DNA of 64,000 nucleotides from Thermoanaerobaculia bacterium (GTDB lineage: Bacteria; Acidobacteriota; Thermoanaerobaculia; Multivoradales; UBA5704), in contig DASUEN010000083.1 of NCBI GenBank assembly GCA_036275055.1, forward strand, positions 19,187 to 83,186, given 5' to 3'. The notes below the pieces were generated by a model. That model ran no database searches, had not been told where the DNA came from, and worked only from the letters and a program-made list of their open reading frames with translations. The stretch's first letter is position 1. Every line of letters begins with the position of its first letter. The position numbers were made by a program, and so were the translations under genes. Below are positions 56,520-64,000 of this stretch, piece after piece.

Positions 56520-58283
56520 ATGGCACAGCCGGAAACCGTACGCCGGCCGCAAGCAGTTCCGCAGGTCCCCGACAAGCTCGGGGAGCTGTTGATGCGGACC
56601 GGCAAGATCGACCAGACGCAGCTCAACGAGGCCCTCGTCCTGCAGAAGGAGCAGGGAGGGCGGCTGGGCACCAACCTCGTCAAGCTCGGGTATTTGACCG
56701 AGAAACAGCTCGTCGACTCGCTGGCGCAGCACTTCAAGGTCCCCGCGGTCGACTTGACCGGCATGGAGATCGAAGAGGCGGTGATCAAGATCATCCCCGC
56801 CGACATCGCCCGCAAGTACACCATCCTCCCCGTCTCCAAGTCCGGCGCCACGGTGACGGTGGCGATGATCGATCCCACCAACGTCTTCGCCATGGACGAC
56901 GTGAAGTTCATGACCGGCTACCGGGTGGAGCCGGTGGTGGCTTCGGAGACGGCCATCCGGGTCTCGATCGACCGGTACTACGGCTCGACCCACGCCATCG
57001 AGCTGAAGAAGGTGATGTCGGACCTCTCCGAGGAGGGGGGCAGCACCGACCTCGAGGTCCTGGACGAAGAGCAGGACCTCGACCTCGCGACGCTCGAAGA
57101 GGAATCCGAGCAGGCGCCGGTCGTCAAGCTGGTGAACCTGGTGCTGACCGACGCCATCAAGCGCGGCGCCTCGGACATCCACATCGAGCCCTACGAGAAG
57201 GAATACCGAGTCCGCTACCGGATCGACGGCATCCTCTACGAGATGATGCATCCGCCGCTCAAGCTCAAGGAGGCCATCACCAGCCGCTGCAAGATCATGG
57301 CGCGGCTCGACATCGCCGAGAAGCGGCTGCCGCAGGACGGGCGCATCAAGATCAAGACCAAGATCTCCGGCCGCAACAAGGACCTCGACTACCGCGTCTC
57401 CGTACTCCCCACGCTGTTTGGCGAGAAGATCGTCATGCGCTTGCTCGACAAGGACAAGCTCATGCTCGACATGTCGCGCCTGGGCTTCGAGCCGGAATCG
57501 CTGCGCAAGTTCGAGACGGCGATCCTCAAGCCCTACGGCATGGTGCTGGTCACCGGCCCCACCGGCTCGGGGAAGACGAACACCCTCTACTCGGCCTTGC
57601 AGCGCATCAACACCCCGGAGGTCAACATCATGACCGCCGAGGACCCGGTGGAGTTCAACCTCTCGGGCATCAACCAGGTGCAGACGCGCGAGCAGATCGG
57701 CCTCAACTTCGCCGCCGCCCTGCGCTCCTTCCTGCGGCAGGACCCGAACATCATCCTGGTGGGCGAGATCCGCGACTTCGAAACCGCCGAGGTGGCGATC
57801 AAGGCCGCCATGACCGGGCACCTGGTGCTCTCGACGCTCCACACCAACGATGCGCCGTCGTCGATCAGCCGCCTGATGAACATGGGCATCGAGCCCTTCC
57901 TGGTCGCCACCTCGGTGCACATGATCGTGGCGCAGCGGCTGGTGCGCCGCATCTGCTCCTTCTGCAAGGAGCCGCTCGAAGTGCCACCGGCGGCGCTGGT
58001 GCAGGCCGGCTTCTCGGAGCACGAGTCGCGCACGCTCAAGCTGTTCAAGGGGCGCGGCTGCGAGCGGTGCAGCAACACCGGCTACAAGGGGCGCGTCGGC
58101 CTCTACGAGGTGCTGGAGGTCGAGGACGAGATGAAGGAGATGATCCTCTCCGGCGCCAGCGCCTTCGAGCTGCGCCAGAAGGCCGTCCAGAACGGCATGA
58201 TGACCCTGCGCGGCAGCGGTCTGCAGAAGATCCGCGACGGCATGACGACGCTCGACGAGGTGGTGCGCGAGACGGTGCTGTAA
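56520..58283 (+). CDS. pilB: Type IV pilus assembly ATPase (GspE/PilB family)
   Basis: T2SSE_N repeat LGELLMRTGKIDQTQLNEAL, Walker A VTGPTGSGKTNT, Asp/His boxes. Tetracysteine CSFCKE...CERCSNTGYKGR. Confidence 0.9.
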   Translation: MAQPETVRRPQAVPQVPDKLGELLMRTGKIDQTQLNEALVLQKEQGGRLGTNLVKLGYLTEKQLVDSLAQHFKVPAVDLTGMEIEEAVIKIIPADIARKYTILPVSKSGATVTVAMIDPTNVFAMDDVKFMTGYRVEPVVASETAIRVSIDRYYGSTHAIELKKVMSDLSEEGGSTDLEVLDEEQDLDLATLEEESEQAPVVKLVNLVLTDAIKRGASDIHIEPYEKEYRVRYRIDGILYEMMHPPLKLKEAITSRCKIMARLDIAEKRLPQDGRIKIKTKISGRNKDLDYRVSVLPTLFGEKIVMRLLDKDKLMLDMSRLGFEPESLRKFETAILKPYGMVLVTGPTGSGKTNTLYSALQRINTPEVNIMTAEDPVEFNLSGINQVQTREQIGLNFAAALRSFLRQDPNIILVGEIRDFETAEVAIKAAMTGHLVLSTLHTNDAPSSISRLMNMGIEPFLVATSVHMIVAQRLVRRICSFCKEPLEVPPAALVQAGFSEHESRTLKLFKGRGCERCSNTGYKGRVGLYEVLEVEDEMKEMILSGASAFELRQKAVQNGMMTLRGSGLQKIRDGMTTLDEVVRETVL

Positions 58284-58305
58284 ACTCGGTCGCGACGCCC
58301 ATCCC

Positions 58306-58429
58306 CGCCCGGGCATAAATGCCAGGGCTAGGTAACGACGCCGGATGAATCCGGCTTGCGAAGTCCCCTTCTCGGGGAAAGTCCCCTTCAGGGGGCGCTG
58401 TTCATAGCCCCGGCATTTATGCCCGGGCG
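58306..58429. repeat. 124-nt element bounded by 25-nt terminal inverted repeats with internal hairpins
   Basis: CGCCCGGGCATAAATGCCAGGGCTA (58306..58330) against TAGCCCCGGCATTTATGCCCGGGCG (58405..58429), 24/25 complementary. Internal CCGGATGAATCCGG and two CCCCTTC-GGGG hairpins. Confidence 0.75.
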
Positions 58430-58646
58430 AAGGTGGGCGTTGCGACTTTCCAGGAGATCGTAGGGAGACTTCGATGCCGAAAACTGAGGGTACAGGCGAC
58501 TCTCGGGCGCTTCGCGAAAAGGCGTTCGCGCGCATGCGGAAGGGCCTCCCCCTGGGCGGCGCTCCCTACCCCAAGCGAGAGGATCTCTACGATCGGAACC
58601 AGGAGTTACTTCGTCCGGTTCATGCCCCCTTTCTCCCCTGAGCCCC

Positions 58647-59411
58647 GTGGACCTCCCCGTCCTCATCTCCGCCGACGGCCCCGTCCGTATCTTCCGGCTG
58701 AACCGGCCGGCGGCGCGCAATGCGGTCGATGCGCGGACGGCGCGCCTGCTGCGCGAGGTGTGGCTCGCGTTCGATGCGGATCCGGGGGCGCGGGTGGGCG
58801 TCCTCACCGGGGGTGACCAGGTCTTCTGCGCCGGGGCCGACCTCAAGGACCTCGAAGCTCTCGCCGACGAGGTAGCCGGCGAGAACGGCCCCCTCGGCTT
58901 CACCCGCCTCGCCGTCTCCAAGCCCACGATCGCTGCTGTTTCCGGCTACTGCGTGGCCGGCGGGCTGGAGCTCGCCTGTTGGTGCGACCTGCGGATCGCC
59001 GATGAAACCGCCGTCTTCGGCTGCTTCGAGCGGCGCTTCGGCGTCCCCCTGGTCGACGGCGGCACGCAGCGCCTCCCCCGCATCGTCGGCCTCGGGCGTG
59101 CCCTGGAGATGATCCTCACCGGCCGCTCCGTCCGTGCTCACGAGGCCCGCTCCATGGGACTGGTCAACGAGGTGGTGCCGGAAGGTCAGGCTCTGCGCCG
59201 CGCCACGGAGCTCGCCCACGCCATGGCCGCCTTCCCGCAGGCGGCGCTGCGCAACGACCGCCTCGCCGTCTACGAAGGGCTGGGGCTCCCCTTGGCCGAA
59301 GGGCTCAAGGCCGAGGCACGGCTCGGAGCCGAGACGCTCGCGAGCGGCGAAGCTGCGGCAGGCGCCCGCTCGTTCGAGCTCGGCAAGGGAAGGGGCGGGA
59401 CCTTCGAGTAG
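58647..59411 (+). CDS. Enoyl-CoA hydratase/isomerase (crotonase) family protein
   Basis: RLNRPAARNAVD, FCAGADLKDL, AAVSGYCVAGGLELACWCDLRIA, GGTQRLPRIVG. Confidence 0.85.
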   Translation: MDLPVLISADGPVRIFRLNRPAARNAVDARTARLLREVWLAFDADPGARVGVLTGGDQVFCAGADLKDLEALADEVAGENGPLGFTRLAVSKPTIAAVSGYCVAGGLELACWCDLRIADETAVFGCFERRFGVPLVDGGTQRLPRIVGLGRALEMILTGRSVRAHEARSMGLVNEVVPEGQALRRATELAHAMAAFPQAALRNDRLAVYEGLGLPLAEGLKAEARLGAETLASGEAAAGARSFELGKGRGGTFE

Positions 59412-60307
59412 GCGGCGGCCAGCACTGTCGCGCCCAGCAGCAGGAACACGATCCACAGCAGGTCCGCCAACAGCAGGTGGACGACCTGCAGCCACACCGG
59501 GGCCAGCAGCCCGACGTTCAGCAGACCCGCCAGGATTTGGAGAAAGACGAGCCCGCAGGTCCACCGGGCGAGACGGACCGCCACGGGCGAGCCGGAGTCG
59601 CGCATCCGCAGGGCGAGGACGAAGGCGAGAAGCCCCACGGCGACGGCAATGCCGGGATGGAACAGCCGGAGCCGGATGAGCAGGTGACCCGTGGGCGACA
59701 GGTCCGCCGCCAGGGCTTTGGTGAGCGAGGCCGCCGGGAAGAGCGTATCCCCCAGGGCCGCCACGGCGCCGCTGACGCTGGAGGCCAGGATGCCGAGCAG
59801 GGTGAGGACGATCCCGACCCCCAAAGCGCCTTGGCCGCGGACGCGGAATGGTGCCCCGCCGCCGGCGAAGTGGGCGGTGAGCGTCATGGCGCCCAGGAGC
59901 AGGAAGGTGTTGACGAGGTGGGTCGCCATGAACATCGCCCGCGCCATCGATTCGTTGTCGGCCACCAGCTTGAACAGGACCAGGCCGGCCCCGACCGCAG
60001 CCTCGCTGAGCATGAACCCCAGGGAGAACAACGCTGCCTTCCGCGCCCCGTGGCCTCGGGGCCGGGCCCGGAAAGCCCATACGGCGAGGCCCACCACCAG
60101 CACCAGCGCGATGCCGCTCGTCGCGCGGTGAGAGAGCTCGATGATCGTTTCGATCTTCGGCGCCCGCGGCACCATCACCCCGTTGCACAGCGGCCAGTGA
60201 GCGCCGCACCCCGCCCCCGAGCCCGTGGCCCGCACGATCGCGCCCCAGAGGATGACGGCGACGTTGTAGGAAAGGGTGAGCCAAGCGTAACGGGCGAAGC
60301 GGTCCAT
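59270..60307 (-). CDS. ctaA: Heme A synthase (COX15/CtaA family)
   Basis: Start at ATG 60307 (MDRFARYAWLTLSYNVAVILWGAIVRATGSGAGCGAHWPLCNG). Repeated His-containing TM helices (ELSHRATS, ATHLVN, VVHLLLA). Confidence 0.8.
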   Translation of the reverse strand: MDRFARYAWLTLSYNVAVILWGAIVRATGSGAGCGAHWPLCNGVMVPRAPKIETIIELSHRATSGIALVLVVGLAVWAFRARPRGHGARKAALFSLGFMLSEAAVGAGLVLFKLVADNESMARAMFMATHLVNTFLLLGAMTLTAHFAGGGAPFRVRGQGALGVGIVLTLLGILASSVSGAVAALGDTLFPAASLTKALAADLSPTGHLLIRLRLFHPGIAVAVGLLAFVLALRMRDSGSPVAVRLARWTCGLVFLQILAGLLNVGLLAPVWLQVVHLLLADLLWIVFLLLGATVLAAAYSKVPPLPLPSSNERAPAAASPLASVSAPSRASALSPSAKGSPSPS

Positions 60308-60351
60308 GGGGCGATGATATCCCGTTAGAAGGAGGGACAGGGCCGAGCCCT

Positions 60352-61035
60352 CTACGCCTTCCCTCCCCGCCGCCGCAACGCCAAATTCCGCCTTCTCTCC
60401 TCCTCCTTCCGCTTCTTCGACGCCGCCCAGGAGCAGATCGGGCACGCTTCGAGATCGTGGAAGAGGGCCGGGCAGTACTGGCGGCCGAAGTAGATGATCT
60501 GGAGGTGGACCTTCCCCCAGGTTTCTTCCGGAAAGAGCTTCTTGAGGTCGCGCTCCGTCTGCTCCACGTTCCTGCCACTCGAAAGCCCCCAACGGGCGGC
60601 GAGCCGGTGGATGTGGGTGTCCACGGCGAAGGTGGGGTGACCGAACGCCTGATTGAGCACCACCGAGGCCGTCTTGTGCCCCACGCCCGGCAGGGCCTTC
60701 AGAGATTCGAGATCCTGGGGCACCTCTCCTCCGTGCTCGGCCACTAGGATCTCGGAGAGGCGCTTCAGGTTCTTCGCCTTCCCCTCGGTGAGGCCGATGC
60801 GGCGGATCAGGCTCTTGATCTCCGCGACGGGGAGCGCGGCCAGGGCCGCGGGCGTCGCGGCGCGGGCGAAGAGGGCTGGGGTCACCTCGTTGACCAGCTT
60901 GTCCGTGGTCTGCGCCGAGAGCACCACGGCCACCAGGAGGGTGAAGGGATCGTGATGGCGCAGAGGGATGTCCACGGCCGGAAAGAGCCGGTCGAGGATC
61001 TCGGCGATGCGGTGGGCTTTCTCTTTCTTCGTCAT
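60352..61035 (-). CDS. nth: Endonuclease III
   Basis: FTLLVAVVLSAQTTD, HhH-GPD LPGVGHKTASVVL, VDTHIHR. 4Fe-4S Cys cluster region C..ALFHDLEACPIC. Confidence 0.9.
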   Translation of the reverse strand: MTKKEKAHRIAEILDRLFPAVDIPLRHHDPFTLLVAVVLSAQTTDKLVNEVTPALFARAATPAALAALPVAEIKSLIRRIGLTEGKAKNLKRLSEILVAEHGGEVPQDLESLKALPGVGHKTASVVLNQAFGHPTFAVDTHIHRLAARWGLSSGRNVEQTERDLKKLFPEETWGKVHLQIIYFGRQYCPALFHDLEACPICSWAASKKRKEEERRRNLALRRRGGKA

Positions 61036-61171
61036 GATTTTTCGCCTGGCGGATCTTATCCCGTCCGGGCTCCCGCCAGGTCACGATCCGGCAACGGCTT
61101 GCAATTCAGAGCGGATGGCGCATACTTCCCTCAGCGAACCCGGTTTTCCGTTTTACCAGGGAAGGTCCACG

Positions 61172-63124
61172 ATGAAGGTCTGTCCGGACTGCAGCACGAC
61201 GTATCCCGACGATTTCCTCTTCTGTCCGCTGGACGCGAAGGCGCTCCTCCAATTCCAGACCGCGGCCCGGGAGGCCACCGCCGAGCCCCGGGAGCTGACG
61301 GCGGGAGCCCATGCCCGGCAGGCGCTGCCGAGCCCCGCCACCACCGTCTCTTCCCCTCCGTCTGAGCCGGAGCCCGCGCCGGGCTCTGCGCTGCGGGTGG
61401 GGACCACGATCCTCGGCCGCTATGGGCTGGAGCGGCGGCTGGGCGGCGGTCCTCTCGGCGAGGTCTTCGAGGCGGTCGACCTCGAAGGGCAGGGGCGCTG
61501 GGCGCTCAAGGTCCTGCGCCGCGACCGCTGGGAGGGAGGCCTGCCGCCGGGACGCTTCACCCGTCTGGCGGAGCCCCTCACGGCCCTGCGGCATCCCGGG
61601 CTCGCGGCCGTGTACGAGGTGGGCGAGACGGAGGACGGCTCGCCGTTCCTGCTCCTGGAGCTGGTCCGCGGCTCGGGTCCCTTCGAGCTGCCCCACCCTC
61701 TCCCTCTCGACGTGGTGTGCTGGCTCGGCCGGGAAGTGGCGGAGGCCCTCGCGGCCCTGCACGCCTTCGGCATGATCCATGGCGACCTCAAGCCGCGGCA
61801 CGTCGTCCTCACTCCCGAGGGGTGCTGGAAGCTGCTGGATGCCGGCCTGATACCGATCCTGGAGGCGCTGGCCCCGGAGGGCTCGGTGGCCGGTACGCCG
61901 GGATACCTGGCCCCCGAGAGGGCCCGCCGCGAATCCTGCGAGCCGTGGGCCGATCCCCGCTCGGACCTCTACTCCCTGGGAGCGGTGCTCTACGAGCTGC
62001 TCGCCGGCAGGCTGCCGGCGGCGGAGAGGCCGGCCGTCCCCGTCCTGCGCGCCGGGCCGCGGATTCCCGAGAGCCTCCAGCGGCTCGTCCTCGCGCTCCT
62101 GGATCCCGAGCCGCAAGCGCGGCCCGGGAGCGCCCTGGAGGTGGCGGCGACCCTGGCTGCGGCGCAGGCGGAAATCGCGAATCGGCCGGCCGTGGCCCTT
62201 CCCAGCCCGGAGAGGCCCCATCCGCGGCGATCCATCCCTTGGCCGGCGGTGAGCCTGAGCAGACGGCGGCTGGCGCTGCCGGGGAAAACCGCCGGCTGCG
62301 TGGCGTTCTCGCCCGACGGCCTGGTGCTGGCCGCGGCTGGCGACGACGGCGCGGTGCGCCTCTGGGGGGCGGAGGGCGATCCGCCGCTGGCGGAGCTCGC
62401 CGGGCACGACGGAGCCGTCCATGCCGTGGCCTTCTCTCCCGCGGCTCCGCTGCTGGCGAGCGGCGGCCGGGACGGTACCGTGCGCCTGTGGGATCCGCGG
62501 ACGAGCCGCCTCCTCGCGACCCTCGCCGGCCACACCGGCGCGGTGGGAACGGTGGCCTTCTCCCGCGACGGGCGCACCCTGGTGACGAGCGGCTGGGGAG
62601 AGGAGATCTGGATCTGGGACGCCGCCACCGGCAGGCCGCGGCGGACGATCGGCTGCCCCGAGCCGGTGACCGCCGCCGCCCTCTCTCCCGGAGGAAGGGA
62701 GGTGGTCTACGGCACCGGAAACGGAGCGTTGGAGATCGTCGACCTCGAGACCCTGCGCACCCGCATCAGCTTCCGGGCTCACCGCGAGACGGTGACGGCC
62801 TTGGCCTTCTCGCCGGACGGCACTCTGGTGGCGAGCGCCAGCGTCGACCGCACGCTGCGCATCTGGAGCACCGAGACCGGCGAGCGCGCCGCCGTCCTCA
62901 CCGGGCACCCGCACGCCATCTCCTCCCTCGCCTTCCATCCCAAAGGGGAGCTGTTGGCGAGCGGCGGGCTGGAAGACGCGGTCCGCCTGTGGGATGCGGC
63001 CACCGGCAAGCTGCGGGAGCGCCTGCCGGTTGCGGCCTCCTGCGTCACCTCCGTGGCCTTCTCCCCCACGGGGGATGCCCTGGCAGCGGGGACGAACGGG
63101 CCGTCGGTCGAGGTTTGGGGGTAG
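61172..63124 (+). CDS. Ser/Thr protein kinase with N-terminal zinc-ribbon-like motif and C-terminal WD40 repeats
   Basis: Start at ATG 61172 (MKVCPDCSTTYPDDFLFCPLD). Kinase motifs LGGGPLGEVF, ALKVL, HGDLKPRHVVL, GTPGYLAPE. About seven repeats of AFSPDG...G.D..VRLWD. Confidence 0.85.
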   Translation: MKVCPDCSTTYPDDFLFCPLDAKALLQFQTAAREATAEPRELTAGAHARQALPSPATTVSSPPSEPEPAPGSALRVGTTILGRYGLERRLGGGPLGEVFEAVDLEGQGRWALKVLRRDRWEGGLPPGRFTRLAEPLTALRHPGLAAVYEVGETEDGSPFLLLELVRGSGPFELPHPLPLDVVCWLGREVAEALAALHAFGMIHGDLKPRHVVLTPEGCWKLLDAGLIPILEALAPEGSVAGTPGYLAPERARRESCEPWADPRSDLYSLGAVLYELLAGRLPAAERPAVPVLRAGPRIPESLQRLVLALLDPEPQARPGSALEVAATLAAAQAEIANRPAVALPSPERPHPRRSIPWPAVSLSRRRLALPGKTAGCVAFSPDGLVLAAAGDDGAVRLWGAEGDPPLAELAGHDGAVHAVAFSPAAPLLASGGRDGTVRLWDPRTSRLLATLAGHTGAVGTVAFSRDGRTLVTSGWGEEIWIWDAATGRPRRTIGCPEPVTAAALSPGGREVVYGTGNGALEIVDLETLRTRISFRAHRETVTALAFSPDGTLVASASVDRTLRIWSTETGERAAVLTGHPHAISSLAFHPKGELLASGGLEDAVRLWDAATGKLRERLPVAASCVTSVAFSPTGDALAAGTNGPSVEVWG

Positions 63125-63128
63125 ATCG

Positions 63129-63155
63129 GGCTGGGCGATCACAGACCGCCCAGCC
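63129..63155. terminator. Bidirectional intrinsic terminator between convergent genes
   Basis: GGCTGGGCG, 9-nt loop, CGCCCAGCC, then TTGAAAACTTTT. It lies between the stops at 63124 and 63169. Confidence 0.55.
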
Positions 63156-63168
63156 TTGAAAACTTTTC

Positions 63169-63363
63169 CTAGACCCTCGGGGGGACACCCGGCCCGGGCC
63201 GGCTCTGGGTCTTCTTGACTGCGCTCAGGATGCCGAGTCCCACCAGGCAGATCACGCCGACGCCGATCCACAGGGACGGCGCTCCCATCAGGTGGGCTCC
63301 GAGAGCGAGGCCGATGATCAGGATGATGAAGCCGATCAGGTAGATACCGAACGAGGAAGACAT
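63169..63363 (-). CDS. Small two-helix membrane protein
   Basis: ATG lies 8 nt after AAGGAGG. FGIYLIGFIILIIGLALGA and LWIGVGVICLVGLGIL are hydrophobic helices. Confidence 0.5.
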   Translation of the reverse strand: MSSSFGIYLIGFIILIIGLALGAHLMGAPSLWIGVGVICLVGLGILSAVKKTQSRPGPGVPPRV

Positions 63364-63432
63364 AGTCTCGTTTCCTCCTTTGGCTCCGGGTGTGATTCAA
63401 AACCCGAGCCAACCTCGGAAAGGAGGAACCGC

Positions 63433-63996
63433 TCAGGCCCGGGAGTTCCAGAGGACGTCCGGCTCGCCGCGTCTCCGGTTCTCGTAGCGCGCCATGACGA
63501 AGAGGGCATCCGAAAGCCGGTTGAGGTAGCGCACCACCCACGGTCCCACGGGCTCTTGCCGGGAGAGTTGGATTACCTCCCTCTCGGCCCGCCGGCAGAC
63601 GGTGCGGGCCACGTGGAGCTGAGCCGCCCCCGGCGTTCCCCCTGGGAGGATGAAGTTCTCGAGCGGAGTCAGCTCCTCCTGCAGCTCGTCCATCAGCCGC
63701 TCCAAGGCCTCCACGTGCCGCTCCTCCACCACCGGCACGGGCATCGCGGCCTTGTCCTCCTCCAGGATGCAGAGGTCGGAGCCGACGTTGAACAGCTCGT
63801 TCTGAACGCGGGCCAGGGCGCCGGCCAGCTTGCCGTCGAGCCCCAAGGCCACGGCGACGCCGATCGCCGAGCTCAGCTCGTCCACTGTGCCGTAGGCCGC
63901 GATCCGCGCCGAGTCCTTGGGCACCCGCTGCCCGCCGCCGAGGCCCGTCGTTCCGTCGTCTCCGGTGCGGGTGTAGACCCGGGTGATGCGTGGCAT
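63433..63996 (-). CDS. PduO-type ATP:cob(I)alamin adenosyltransferase
   Basis: [42 protein letters not shown]. Confidence 0.85.
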   Translation of the reverse strand: MPRITRVYTRTGDDGTTGLGGGQRVPKDSARIAAYGTVDELSSAIGVAVALGLDGKLAGALARVQNELFNVGSDLCILEEDKAAMPVPVVEERHVEALERLMDELQEELTPLENFILPGGTPGAAQLHVARTVCRRAEREVIQLSRQEPVGPWVVRYLNRLSDALFVMARYENRRRGEPDVLWNSRA

Positions 63997-64000
63997 GGCT

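Overview
High-GC bacterial chromosomal segment (about 70% G+C in hand-counted sample lines) from a diderm organism (TolC, ExbB/TonB, PilB and PBP1 are present), with about 50 supportable genes. I saw no rRNA, tRNA, CRISPR array, transposase or integrase. The notable part is 5.4-29.7 kb, which reads as a composite RiPP locus with four parts. (1) A Nif11-type precursor has a 13-residue core, DDGW-P7-GP, and sits next to an unassigned 341-aa protein. (2) A low-GC island of about 3.8 kb carries an ATP-grasp plus SPASM maturase pair (the grasp-with-spasm type) and its own double-glycine precursor. (3) A split LanB-type dehydratase (939 aa plus a separate 361-aa elimination-domain protein) is grouped with a ROX/JmjC-type cupin whose metal-binding triad looks degenerate. 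Its 73-aa precursor has a core of GG-x-C-T-T-N units with Cys every 8 residues, and no cyclase is visible anywhere in the window. (4) One NHLP/Nif11-type export operon is present (TolC, HlyD, C39-peptidase ABC, second ABC, cNMP-binding protein), plus a decayed duplicate of its 3' end, so that the two copies bracket the LanB cassette. All three precursors share the same L-S/T-D-D/E-x-L-D/E-x-V-S/A-G-G leader end. The rest of the window is housekeeping: glpX, dcd, arcC, nth, pilB, PBP1, heme A synthase, sensor kinases, a partner-switching module and others. It is punctuated by a dispersed family of GGGAC-based, 9-bp-periodic palindromic repeats at gene 3' ends. All calls come from reading the sequence and ORF track and from family motifs recalled from memory. 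No searches were run.
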